Shown: positions 19,644 through 29,695, counted from the first letter of the stretch. The stretch is 64,000 bases of DNA from a bacterium (GCA_963675755.2 CAXXMD010000003.1:800001-864000); one strand, 5' to 3'. Translations and numbers: made by a program. The notes: generated from the sequence alone by a model not told the origin.

Positions 19644-21932
19644 TTACATCATAATTACAAACTTGCCGACAAACTTGTCATTTTCCGTTTCAACCACATA
19701 CACATACAATCCACTTACTACAGACTGAGTGTTCCTGGATATTAAATCCCAGGTTTCTACACTACTGCCATCTGTATGATCAAGGGAAATAACCATATCA
19801 CCAGCAAGAGTAAAAACTGTAATTTTACATACAGGAGGCAAGTTTGTAAAAAGTATTGCGTTTTCGTAAATGTCTTCAAAGACATCGGTTGCCTTGTATG
19901 GATTGGGAACAACTTTAATTTTCTGTAAATCAACTACTTCTTCAGTTTCATACATACGTTTCGGTATTACAGCAAGCGGAGCACCTGACTCGCTCTTACT
20001 GTAATTGGATTTACTGCTTTCAGAAGGCGGTAAATTAATGGTTTCATCACCGGTATCGTAAGCTACAACTGTATAGAAATAAGGAATACCATTAATAGGC
20101 GCTTCTACAGTTGTGCCCCATGGTGTAGTACCACCAACATCAACAAATTCATTTGCAATATCATCCAAATCTACATAACCCAAAGAATCGCGCTCTGTAT
20201 TTACAACTTTGACAGGTCCATCAACATTGTCGAAAGCTGCAATGAGTGTCCAGTTACTTGGAGTATATTGTGCACGATAAATTTTATAACCCACAAAATC
20301 AATTTCTTTGGTTTTTGTGTCGGGTGTAATTTCTGCAATATTATCCCATACCAAATTTACAGAACGGTCATTCGGACTGTAACGCAGGTTTGGTGTAGGA
20401 GGAGGTGCAGGCAACAGCCAGTGTGTATCCTGATGTGGAGGTGTAGGATTATAAGGACTGCTGAACTCACTACCTGTGTAATATGCTTCCAACGCTTTAT
20501 CAGCATTTGCACGCATACCTTCAAGGCCCTGGCCAACTACTTCTGCCCAAACAACACGTACTGTGTCATTTGCTTCCATGTCATACGGACCTACAGTAAT
20601 CAGAAAACGATAGTCAAATGTAGGCGCACCTACGTCCAACGGGTTTGGTAAAAAGTGATAACCTTTACTGAATTCATGCTGACCTTTTTGATAGTCATAT
20701 TGCTCGATATCGGTATCAGGATCACTTTCCCAGTTCCACCATTGGTGTGAAAAAGCGCGGGTTATACGAGAGTGAGAAGAATCTTGCACGTCAAACACAT
20801 AGTCTGGAGATGCTGCATCTGCATACAGTACCCGACCACCCATGAAACCGGAACAATCCGGACTCAAGGTACGTTCACCAAAATCATTCTCTGAAGAACT
20901 TGGGTTATCACCATCATAAATGTAAGACATGTTACGTGATACTTTCCAACCGATCAATGGAGTACCATCTGCTTTTACAAGCGGATCACCAGCAGCGATT
21001 TCATAATCACCAATGGTAACAGCAACGTCAGCAGTAATAGCATCACCACGTTCATCTTCGATGATAGAATATTCATCAAAAACACCATCACCTTCGACTT
21101 GTTCAAGATCATAGTTGTCATTAAATCCACCCATGGGAAGACCATAAGGAATACCATAATCATCATAACCGGAAATTCCATCCTGATCAAGATCAAGGGG
21201 GTCAACAATATCGACCTGGTCGGTATTGGTATCAGAACCATCGTATCCGTCCCAGTCTACAAGGTCATCGATATGTTTATCGGTAACATCAATAGAAGAA
21301 ACATCAACATCATACCACCAGCTTACATATACTTCTTTAAGATAACCGTTTGTACCGGTATTAATAATATCAAATTCATATGCAATAAAGTCATCATATT
21401 CAGGCATGCTCCAGGAGAGCCCACGTTCAACAACTTTGATACCCAAAGGCACATGCTCTGTTTTAGGTTCAAGATCATCAAATACACAATAACTGTCGTT
21501 GATAGATTTTGGAGTTGCTACAGCAACCACTTCTTCATTACCCATCAAAAACTGGGAACCATCAGATGGTTCCCATTCTTCAAATGTATAAAAATAACTT
21601 GAACATAATTTTTCACCATTTAATACTGTTGAAACCCAAATAGCTGCATCGTATAAATAACTGTTATTTGATGCGCCCGGCCATTCAACAGAAGGACGAC
21701 CTGAAGAATCAAAGTTTGGATCACCAAAACTACCATAATTGGTTATAACATTCCACATAGTACCAATAGTATGGGCCTTAAATTCCTGATCAGGACGGTT
21801 GTTTGTTTTGCGCAATTTAAAATCGCGGCGCTGGTCTGTTTTTTCCGGATGCCTTTCAGCATGCGCAACGGAAAAAGAGAAAACCATTAAAAGGACTAGA
21901 ACTATCTCCAGCTTGTATTTTTTTAACAACAA
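19644..21932 (-). CDS. Secreted TonB-receptor-associated protein with FN3 domain and a variant (VVPNPY-type) C-terminal sorting domain
   Basis: Signal peptide; VITNYGSFG..SVEWP; APPPTPNL..VNLVWD..FVGYKIYR..YFYTVVAYD; tail IKVVPNPY..ILFTNLP..WDLISRNTQSVVSGLYVYVVE..GKFVIMM. Probable TTG start after GGAGG. Confidence 0.78.
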   Translation of the reverse strand: MLLKKYKLEIVLVLLMVFSFSVAHAERHPEKTDQRRDFKLRKTNNRPDQEFKAHTIGTMWNVITNYGSFGDPNFDSSGRPSVEWPGASNNSYLYDAAIWVSTVLNGEKLCSSYFYTFEEWEPSDGSQFLMGNEEVVAVATPKSINDSYCVFDDLEPKTEHVPLGIKVVERGLSWSMPEYDDFIAYEFDIINTGTNGYLKEVYVSWWYDVDVSSIDVTDKHIDDLVDWDGYDGSDTNTDQVDIVDPLDLDQDGISGYDDYGIPYGLPMGGFNDNYDLEQVEGDGVFDEYSIIEDERGDAITADVAVTIGDYEIAAGDPLVKADGTPLIGWKVSRNMSYIYDGDNPSSSENDFGERTLSPDCSGFMGGRVLYADAASPDYVFDVQDSSHSRITRAFSHQWWNWESDPDTDIEQYDYQKGQHEFSKGYHFLPNPLDVGAPTFDYRFLITVGPYDMEANDTVRVVWAEVVGQGLEGMRANADKALEAYYTGSEFSSPYNPTPPHQDTHWLLPAPPPTPNLRYSPNDRSVNLVWDNIAEITPDTKTKEIDFVGYKIYRAQYTPSNWTLIAAFDNVDGPVKVVNTERDSLGYVDLDDIANEFVDVGGTTPWGTTVEAPINGIPYFYTVVAYDTGDETINLPPSESSKSNYSKSESGAPLAVIPKRMYETEEVVDLQKIKVVPNPYKATDVFEDIYENAILFTNLPPVCKITVFTLAGDMVISLDHTDGSSVETWDLISRNTQSVVSGLYVYVVETENDKFVGKFVIMM

Positions 21933-21980
21933 AGCCACCTCCAATTAATTTAAAAAGCAATCAATAATCATATGTCAATG

Positions 21981-24900
21981 TTAGAAATCAACCCTGAAAC
22001 CGATACGGGTCAAACGACCTCTGTCATAAACAGTTGGGTTGCCATATTTACCTTCAGGATCACCTTTAGCATAATACCACTCTTCATCATCAATCGCAAT
22101 GATGTTTTGACGATCCAGCAGGTTACGGACATCAACAAAGATTTGAGGTACAAGGCGACCAACATGGAAGCGTTTAGTAATACGCATATCAAGGGTCATG
22201 TTGTACGGCAATGTCTCTGTATTATCCGGAGCAGCTTTGTCCTGGCCTTTTGGAGGTGTCCAGCGGGTTCCGCTGCCATAGTACCACAAAAAGTTTACAC
22301 CCAAATCGTTAAGAATTGGAGTGCCAAACAAATTCTGATCTCTCGGTATTCTAAGATCAAGGTTAGCATTAATAGTATGACGTTGATCCCAATCAGTATA
22401 GGATTCAAATCGTGGTAAAACATTACCAGCCCATTCGGTTGAATAACCCTGACCAACCGTAGAGCTTTTGTTTTTAGCAACTTGATAAGTATAGTTAAAA
22501 CGACCACTCAGGTATAAAAATGCAATACGTTCAGGACGTCTTAAAAATTCAAATTCAAAACCACGAACATTTCCATAATCCGCGTTATAATAGAAACCAT
22601 ACCAGTCACGTACCGTATAATAAATCGGTTTACTGTCTGTCAGGTTTGAAATATCTTTATAAAAACCAGTAACTTTGATTTTCATAGAGTTAGAAATCTG
22701 GTGATTCAAGCCCACTTCATAAGCTGTGGTACTTTCAGGTTCAAGATTCGGGTTACCAATAACCGGGAAACCACCACCCAGATCAAACTCGAGGTTACGG
22801 AACAAATAATTTCCAAGAGGTTCCTGGAAATATTTTCCATAACTAAAGTGCATTACATCACGCTCGGTAATTGGGAATGCAATACCAAAACGGGGGCTCC
22901 AGTAATCTTTGAATTGAATAGATTGCGGATCTTTGATATCATTAACCTGAGGAGCACCTTCGTAATTGTAAATATTCGGGTCCCAAGCCTGATCAAGATA
23001 ACCATTACCATTGGTATCTTCACCTTCATCAAGAGTTCCGTTTGCATTCAAGTCTTCATGACCATCATCATCATAAGTCCAGGTAGGATCATAAAGGTTG
23101 TTGGGATAATCGTTCCAGTTGGCGTCAAAGTAATCGTAACGAACACCAACATTCAAGATCATACCCTGGTATTCCATTTTATCCTGGACATAAAATGCAC
23201 CGCTGTTTGGGAATACGGTAAAGTTTTCACCATATCCGTAACGGTCGGTTGCGTCATAGTTGAAAATTTCACGATATTTGAGATCAACACCCGTACGAAC
23301 GTTATGATTGGCGTTAACCTGGCTTTCAATATCGAATTTCACACCATAACTTGTAGATTTGTTTTCTGACCAATATGTACGGTCCCAGGTCAAACCTGAA
23401 CCATAAGCATAATATCCATCAGTATTTTTCTCACCCTTGAATGGGATATCAGAACAACTCATCCATTTGCTGGGATCGTTTGGATAGGCATCTTGCGAAG
23501 CGTCTACATAGCCATCAGAGTTGTAGTCAGTAAACAGGTCAGTGCCATAAGAATCAAGTTTACCATTACCATTCAAATCTTCAGCAACGTTATCAAAATA
23601 ACCATCACCATCAAAATCTTTCCATTCCCATGAATCAATGGTTCCGTCGCCATTCAAATCAACATTTTCACTAACGGCATCCAGTTTTCCATCGCCATCA
23701 CGGTCTTCATTAATTTGTTCATTCGCATTTTGGAAGAATCGTGTATAATATCTATCAATATGCAACTCGTAAAACGTCTTTGAACTCAATTGGTGAGTCC
23801 AGGTAACTGCAAGCTGATTACTTTCTTCTTTCAAGTCTGCAAGATGATCAAGCATATTGAATACATCAAGCTTGCCATTATAGTTGAGATCTTCACGGTC
23901 AAGAATTTCATTACCGTTCAAATCTTCACCAAGATCAAGATAGTTATTACCATTAATATCTTCTGTATCCAGCATGCCATTGTTGTACCAATCCGGAATG
24001 TAACCGGAATTGTCATCAACACCGTCATTATTCAAATCACCAAACGGCATATATTTTTCACTCAAATCTTCAACAGTTGGAACTTTCCATTCCGCACCGT
24101 ATCCACTGTTTGATGAAAAATAATCCCAATCTTTTTTATGGTAAAGACCTTTAATTCTCAAAGTGTGACTTGGAGAAATTTTATAAGTAACTTTACCCTG
24201 ATAGGTGCCTGCTTCACTTTCCTGATTTATAAAACGGCCATCAGATTTTTCATACCATCCGGTAAGGAAATAACGCAATTCACCGGGAACTCCAATTGCT
24301 TTGGTAAAAGGAACAGGACCACCAATGGAGAACTCGGGATTATGACGATTTTCAACCACTTCATCTTCACGAACGGTTGAGCCCCATCCATCAAGAGCAC
24401 TGGTACTGTAACGAACGGTACCCGAAAGAACCGGACCACCATCTTTGGTAACAACGTTAATGATACCGGATTGTGCATTACCATACTCTGCACTAAAACC
24501 ACCGGTCATAACCGCTGTTTCTTCAATAGCAAGCTCCGGAAGGTCTGTATCAAACTGACCTGAAAGCGGGTCCATAATATTGGTCGAGTTGTCAAGCAAA
24601 TAGGTAACTTCACTCGTTCTACCACCACGAGCGTGCATATTACCATTATCATCAACAACAATACCCGCAGATGTTGCAACTACATCCTCGAAAGAGTCAA
24701 TCGACATATGCTCAACTTCTTCACTGCTGGTAACTGTACGGCTTGAAGTTTGATCCATCTGAATCAGGGGACGCTCAGCAGTGACCGTGACGGTTTCCCC
24801 GGCCTCAAGGATCGTAGGTTCAAGATTAAAAGTTATCTTTGCAGTCAAGTCAGCTTTAACTCTGACATCGGTAATGAGCATTGGCGAATAACCAATCATT

Positions 24901-25130
24901 TCAGCACGTAAAGAATAAGAGCCGGCAGGAACGTTTATGATGAAAAACTCACCATTCAAATTCGTTGCTGCACCCATCTTTGTGCCTTCAATCAGGACAT
25001 TCACTGCCGGTAAAGGATCTTTTGTATCCTTGTCAATAACCTTACCGACAATTTTCCCTGTTGTACCGGCAAATAAAGCCACCGGAAGTAACAACAAGAG
25101 AAACCAAACAATCACTTGTTTTTTTAACAT
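21981..25130 (-). CDS. TonB-dependent receptor with an N-terminal carboxypeptidase-regulatory-like domain and Ca-binding-like loop insertions
   Basis: AAAAGGAG RBS; AGTTGKIVGKVID; HARGGRTSE; TGGFSAEYGNAQSGIINVVTK; SPRFGIAFPI; WDQRHT; C-terminal RVDF; many D.NG(N/D)G motifs. Confidence 0.93.
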   Translation of the reverse strand: MLKKQVIVWFLLLLLPVALFAGTTGKIVGKVIDKDTKDPLPAVNVLIEGTKMGAATNLNGEFFIINVPAGSYSLRAEMIGYSPMLITDVRVKADLTAKITFNLEPTILEAGETVTVTAERPLIQMDQTSSRTVTSSEEVEHMSIDSFEDVVATSAGIVVDDNGNMHARGGRTSEVTYLLDNSTNIMDPLSGQFDTDLPELAIEETAVMTGGFSAEYGNAQSGIINVVTKDGGPVLSGTVRYSTSALDGWGSTVREDEVVENRHNPEFSIGGPVPFTKAIGVPGELRYFLTGWYEKSDGRFINQESEAGTYQGKVTYKISPSHTLRIKGLYHKKDWDYFSSNSGYGAEWKVPTVEDLSEKYMPFGDLNNDGVDDNSGYIPDWYNNGMLDTEDINGNNYLDLGEDLNGNEILDREDLNYNGKLDVFNMLDHLADLKEESNQLAVTWTHQLSSKTFYELHIDRYYTRFFQNANEQINEDRDGDGKLDAVSENVDLNGDGTIDSWEWKDFDGDGYFDNVAEDLNGNGKLDSYGTDLFTDYNSDGYVDASQDAYPNDPSKWMSCSDIPFKGEKNTDGYYAYGSGLTWDRTYWSENKSTSYGVKFDIESQVNANHNVRTGVDLKYREIFNYDATDRYGYGENFTVFPNSGAFYVQDKMEYQGMILNVGVRYDYFDANWNDYPNNLYDPTWTYDDDGHEDLNANGTLDEGEDTNGNGYLDQAWDPNIYNYEGAPQVNDIKDPQSIQFKDYWSPRFGIAFPITERDVMHFSYGKYFQEPLGNYLFRNLEFDLGGGFPVIGNPNLEPESTTAYEVGLNHQISNSMKIKVTGFYKDISNLTDSKPIYYTVRDWYGFYYNADYGNVRGFEFEFLRRPERIAFLYLSGRFNYTYQVAKNKSSTVGQGYSTEWAGNVLPRFESYTDWDQRHTINANLDLRIPRDQNLFGTPILNDLGVNFLWYYGSGTRWTPPKGQDKAAPDNTETLPYNMTLDMRITKRFHVGRLVPQIFVDVRNLLDRQNIIAIDDEEWYYAKGDPEGKYGNPTVYDRGRLTRIGFRVDF

Positions 25131-25148
25131 CACACAACTCCTTTTGAA

Positions 25149-25169
25149 AAAATGAATGCTATTCATTTT
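25149..25169. promoter_or_regulatory. Palindrome AAAATGAAT-N3-ATTCATTTT just upstream of the receptor RBS (candidate operator or RNA hairpin)
   Basis: Perfect 9-bp inverted repeat with a 3-nt spacer. Confidence 0.45.
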
Positions 25170-25175
25170 ATATGG

Positions 25176-25208
25176 AAATAAAAAAGGGCGATTTCAATGC
25201 GCCCTTTT
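25176..25208 (-). terminator. Intrinsic terminator inside the 5' leader of the TonB/PorV operon (candidate attenuator)
   Basis: - strand AAAAGGGCG-CATTGAAAT-CGCCCTTTTTTATTT, downstream of the predicted promoter and about 45 nt before the start codon. Confidence 0.7.
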
Positions 25209-25282
25209 CGAATATATTAACCAAATGTAAAAAATCTGTATTCCATACTGTTTCAAACAAGTCACCAAATTTCTTGTTAAGA

Positions 25283-25311
25283 AATATAATTGTTTTTTGA
25301 AATATTGTCAA
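25283..25311 (-). promoter_or_regulatory. Sigma70-type promoter for the TonB/PorV operon
   Basis: TTGACA-17 nt-TATATT on the - strand. Confidence 0.7.
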
Positions 25312-25719
25312 GATTTTTTTAATTCTATTAAGCAAATAAAAACTAACAATTTGCATAAATTTCACCACACCTCTTTTAAATTGTAGCACGACCAAACGCT
25401 CAAGCCATGACAACAATTATGCCATACAAACTACGGTTTCTTCTTCTTTTTTAAGCCAAGCCAAGGCCAATAAAAACAATGCACTAACACAAACCCAAAT
25501 CACTTCCCAAAACCACTGCAACCCTAATAATACCACAATAATGTCAGCTCAAAAAAGCAAACCTACAAAATTGTATAAAAACAGAACAAAATTTCCAAAG
25601 CACTAACTTTTTGGCTCCAACTTTACTATAATCAAGCAAAATACTGCACTATTATACAAAATTGATCTGCTTCAATTCCAGCTAATGCTCCAAAAATGTC
25701 AGAAAACACCAAAAAACTA

Positions 25720-26319
25720 CTATTTCGTAGCTTTTAAGCGCTCCGAAATCAAAGACCAAAGCTCGTCTTTGCCTTTACCTGTAACTGAAGAAAATGCAAC
25801 AACTGAAGTCTTGCTGCCAAACTCATTGTCCAGCACACGCCGATTTGAATCAACTTGCACTGCCAATTGGTTCCTTGACAACTTGTCAGCTTTTGTTCCA
25901 ACCAAAATGCTGTCAATATCATAATAATTCAACCAGGTTAGAAACTCTTTGTCCATCTGCGTAATAGGGTGCCTCAAATCAAACAGATGCACAACCGCTT
26001 TCAACTGCCCAACAGACGACAAATAACTTTCCATCAACTTTTGCCAATCCCTATACATAGTTTTAGAGACTTTGGCGTATCCATAGCCTGGTAAATCAAC
26101 GAAATAAAACGCCTGATTTATTAAAAAAAAATTGATTGAACGGGTTTTTCCCGGTGTAGAACTCACCTTTACTAACTTTTTCCGGTTTAGCAAAGTGTTC
26201 ATCAAGCTTGATTTGCCAACATTTGACCTGCCGGCAAACGCAATATGAGGAATGTTTTCGTTTGGCAGCTGTTCAAGTGTGTTAATACTCTTGACATATT
26301 CTGCCATGGTTATTTTCAT
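25720..26319 (-). CDS. engB: Ribosome biogenesis GTP-binding protein YihA/YsxC
   Basis: G1 AFAGRSNVGKSSL, PGKT, G3 DLPGYGY, G4 TKADK; downstream of clpX. Confidence 0.96.
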   Translation of the reverse strand: MKITMAEYVKSINTLEQLPNENIPHIAFAGRSNVGKSSLMNTLLNRKKLVKVSSTPGKTRSINFFLINQAFYFVDLPGYGYAKVSKTMYRDWQKLMESYLSSVGQLKAVVHLFDLRHPITQMDKEFLTWLNYYDIDSILVGTKADKLSRNQLAVQVDSNRRVLDNEFGSKTSVVAFSSVTGKGKDELWSLISERLKATK

Positions 26320-26344
26320 AAAACCTCAACTGAAAACAAAGATT

Positions 26345-27619
26345 TCACGCAGCATCGTCTAAATTCGAATGATCTTCAATAAAATCGGTTCTAAAAGTAT
26401 ATTCAGGCTCTGCTTTCTCGACCACAACTTGCTTTGTGATCTTACAGGCTTTAATATTATTTTGCGAAGGCAAATGATACATAATATCCAGCATCACTCC
26501 TTCCATCACTGAGCGCAATCCCCTTGCACCCGTCTTGCGGCTTTTTGCAATTTTTATAATTTCAAATAATGCATCATCATCAACAATCAACTCTACATTA
26601 TCCAGCTTAAACAAATGCTTGAACTGCTTTATCAATGCGTTTTTCGGCTCTGTCAAGATACGGAAAAGCGCTTCATCATCAAGATCAGATAACGTAGTAA
26701 TTACCGGTAAACGTCCTATCAGTTCAGGGATCAAACCATACTGCAACAAGTCTTCGGGTTCAACATGACGCAGAACATACTCTTCTTTAAGCTTGTTCTT
26801 GTCTACATCTGCGCCAAAACCTACTGATTTTTTTCCAATACGCGTTGATACGACTTTATCAAGCCCCTCAAACGCACCGCCACAAATAAATAAAATATTT
26901 TTTGTATTTAGATTGATAAAATCCATTTCTGGGTGTTTCCTTCCACCTTTCGGGGGCACCGCAGCTATTGTACCTTCCAACATCTTTAACAATGCCTGCT
27001 GCACACCCTCACCTGAGACATCTCGGGTAATAGAGGGATTCCCACCCTTTCTGGAAATTTTATCAAGTTCGTCTATATAAACAATACCTCTTTCAGCACG
27101 CTGCACATTATACTCTGCAGCCTGCAAAAGCCTTACAAGTATATTCTCTACATCTTCACCAACGTACCCTGCTTCAGTTAAAGTGGTTGCATCCGCAATG
27201 GTAAACGGTACTTTTAAAAACTTGGCCAAAGTCTGGGCCATCAACGTCTTTCCCGTACCTGTAGGACCAATCAACAGCACATTGCTTTTTTCAAGAACAA
27301 CATCTTCTTCGGAAGCAGATTTTTCTTCAATACGTTTGTAATGATTATAAACGGCAACTGCTATATTTTTCTTTGCGTACTCTTGACCAATAACAAACTT
27401 GTCCAGCTCATTCTTAATCTCTTCGGGGGTCGGTATTTTGCCTTGTAAAGTAAAAGGTTTTTTCGACTTTTCACGAGAGATTACTTTATTGGCAATTGCA
27501 ACGCACTCATTGCAAATACTTACATCCGGACCCGTGACAATGGTTTCCACCTGGTTGGAATTTTTTCCACAAAACGAACAGATGGCAAATCTGTTATCAC
27601 CTTTGTTATTCTGGTCCAT
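26345..27619 (-). CDS. clpX: ATP-dependent Clp protease ATP-binding subunit ClpX
   Basis: CSFCGK..ICNEC zinc finger; GPTGTGKT; [12 protein letters not shown]; [14 protein letters not shown]; GGRKHP; VGF loop. Confidence 0.98.
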   Translation of the reverse strand: MDQNNKGDNRFAICSFCGKNSNQVETIVTGPDVSICNECVAIANKVISREKSKKPFTLQGKIPTPEEIKNELDKFVIGQEYAKKNIAVAVYNHYKRIEEKSASEEDVVLEKSNVLLIGPTGTGKTLMAQTLAKFLKVPFTIADATTLTEAGYVGEDVENILVRLLQAAEYNVQRAERGIVYIDELDKISRKGGNPSITRDVSGEGVQQALLKMLEGTIAAVPPKGGRKHPEMDFINLNTKNILFICGGAFEGLDKVVSTRIGKKSVGFGADVDKNKLKEEYVLRHVEPEDLLQYGLIPELIGRLPVITTLSDLDDEALFRILTEPKNALIKQFKHLFKLDNVELIVDDDALFEIIKIAKSRKTGARGLRSVMEGVMLDIMYHLPSQNNIKACKITKQVVVEKAEPEYTFRTDFIEDHSNLDDAA

Positions 27620-27640
27620 ATATTTATCCCTTAAACCTAC

Positions 27641-28243
27641 TTATTCTTTTGTTACTTCAGTATTCTTGCGGATCATAATTTCATCAATAATACCATAATC
27701 CTTGGCTTCCTGAGCGCTCATAAAGTAATTACGATCAGTATCTTTTTCAATTTTATCCAAAGGTTGGCCGGTATGATTGGCCAGAACCTGATTTAATTCT
27801 TCACGTAAATGCAGAATCTCTTTAGCCTGAATTTCGATATCACTTGCTTGTCCCTGAGCACCACCCAAAGGCTGATGTATCATAACGCGTGCATGCGGCA
27901 GCGCAGATCGTTTTCCGGGAGTACCAGCTGCCAACAAAAACGCCCCCATACTTGATGCTTGCCCCATACAAATAGTGGCTACATCAGGTTTAATGTATTG
28001 CATGGTATCATATATCGCCAATCCCGCAGAAACATATCCACCGGGAGAGTTTATGTACAGATAAACATCCTTGTCAGGATCATCAGCTTCAAGAAACAAT
28101 AATTGCGCAATTGCCAGACTGGCAACGGTATCATCAATTGCAGTACCTAAAAATATGATTCTTTCCTTCAACAAACGGGAAAAAATATCATAAGCCCGTT
28201 CTCCACGGCCTGTTTGCTCGACTACCATAGGTACAAGTGCCAT
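27641..28243 (-). CDS. clpP: ATP-dependent Clp protease proteolytic subunit
   Basis: [23 protein letters not shown]; YINSPGG; ASSMG; MIHQP. Confidence 0.98.
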   Translation of the reverse strand: MALVPMVVEQTGRGERAYDIFSRLLKERIIFLGTAIDDTVASLAIAQLLFLEADDPDKDVYLYINSPGGYVSAGLAIYDTMQYIKPDVATICMGQASSMGAFLLAAGTPGKRSALPHARVMIHQPLGGAQGQASDIEIQAKEILHLREELNQVLANHTGQPLDKIEKDTDRNYFMSAQEAKDYGIIDEIMIRKNTEVTKE

Positions 28244-28304
28244 ATGTAACTCCGTTTAAATTCGTATATTTTTTTCAGTAATAGATAACAAATCTATTAC
28301 TGAA

Positions 28305-29663
28305 TTATTCACTTTTTTTGCCGTCTGCAGATTCTTCAGCAGAATCTTCTTTAGCGGCCTCTTGTTCAGCTTCCTGAGGCTCTTCAACTTCACGCCATCC
28401 TTTTTTCACCTTACTGACTTTGACTTTGCTTTCAAGGAATGCGTAAACTTTTTCTTCTAACAAACGATCTTCAAGATTACGTTTTGCGTTTTCATCATCG
28501 CGGTATTCCTGGGCATGCTGTTTATCATGCTCATTCTCTGATGCTTCCAGCTCTTTAATTTTAGCTTCGATTTCATCTTCAGATACCAAAATGCTTTCCT
28601 GCTCTATGATCTTTTCCCTTAACAGCATCCACTGAATGGTTCTTTCTGCTGTAGGTTTATAATATTCAATCAACTGCTCATCAGTAACTTTTTGATCTTT
28701 ATTGCGCTTTTTAAAATCACCGATCAAGGCACCCAGGTAGTTATTGACCATTGATGGCGGAGCTTCAATTTCAACCTTTTTTACCATTCCATCAACAAGG
28801 TCAGATTCAAATTTTACACGTGCTTCCATTTCTGCCTGAGCAGTAATATTCTTTTTCAAAAGGTCTTTTAATTCTTTTAAATTTTTATATGGGCCTACAT
28901 CCTTGGCAAACTCGTCATCCAAATCCGGAACGCGGCGCTCTTTGATTTCTTTAACAGTCAGCAAGAAATCTTGTTTCTTTTCTTCGCCCTCTTTACCTTC
29001 TTCCTGAGATGGTAATGTCAATGTGATTTTGCGATCCTCTCCTGCCTTGACTCCCAACAACTGTGTAGTGAGCTCAACATTTTCTTTACTCAACCACACT
29101 TGCTGATCAGGGTACTTGCTTCCAACTACCGGAACGCCACCTTCATCAACTTCTTGCAAGTCTGCCAGCAAAAAATTACCCTCTTGAGCTTCACCCTCAA
29201 CAGTATGGACCATTGCCTGCCGTTCGCGAATTTCTTCAAGTGCATTATCAACATCATCTTTTTTGATATCGTAAGTAATTTTCTCAACCTTGACATCGCC
29301 ATACCCTTTTACTTCAAATTCGGGACGGACATCAAATTCAATATTAAAAGTTAAGCCTTTATCGTTGTCAAAGTTCAAATCTGTGATATAAGGCTCATTG
29401 ATTGCATTTTCAAAAGGATTATCTTTAAAGATGGTCTGCCAGGCTTCTGTAATATGAGGACGAAAAGTGTCTTGCTCTATTTCGGCACCAAACATCTTTT
29501 TAACAAGCTGCATAGGCACTTTACCTTTTCGAAACCCACCTATTTTTGCATTAGCCTGATACGCTTTAAAATTCTCATCCAGTTTAGGTTTAATTGAATC
29601 CGGCGGAATTGTAACATCAATAACAGTGTGCCAGTTTTTCCCATTTGTAATATTATAATCCAA
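28305..29663 (-). CDS. tig: Trigger factor
   Basis: GFRKGKVP ribosome-binding motif; FKBP-like middle domain; LDDEFAK; tRNA-Leu-tig-clpP-clpX synteny; TTG start after GAGG. Confidence 0.94.
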   Translation of the reverse strand: MDYNITNGKNWHTVIDVTIPPDSIKPKLDENFKAYQANAKIGGFRKGKVPMQLVKKMFGAEIEQDTFRPHITEAWQTIFKDNPFENAINEPYITDLNFDNDKGLTFNIEFDVRPEFEVKGYGDVKVEKITYDIKKDDVDNALEEIRERQAMVHTVEGEAQEGNFLLADLQEVDEGGVPVVGSKYPDQQVWLSKENVELTTQLLGVKAGEDRKITLTLPSQEEGKEGEEKKQDFLLTVKEIKERRVPDLDDEFAKDVGPYKNLKELKDLLKKNITAQAEMEARVKFESDLVDGMVKKVEIEAPPSMVNNYLGALIGDFKKRNKDQKVTDEQLIEYYKPTAERTIQWMLLREKIIEQESILVSEDEIEAKIKELEASENEHDKQHAQEYRDDENAKRNLEDRLLEEKVYAFLESKVKVSKVKKGWREVEEPQEAEQEAAKEDSAEESADGKKSE

Positions 29664-29695
29664 TTCGTGAACCTCTTGTATTTAATTTTTTCAAT

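Noticed and set aside
22990-24040. CRISPR array or DNA tandem repeat
   Set aside because: The repetition is at the protein-motif level inside an intact ORF; the nucleotide copies are degenerate with no repeat-spacer pattern.
25168-25416. 82-aa ORF (or ~62 aa from MQIVSF with a GGTGA SD) upstream of the TonB receptor
   Set aside because: It runs through the predicted promoter and terminator, has low-complexity AT-driven composition and resembles no family; probably spurious, though not excluded.
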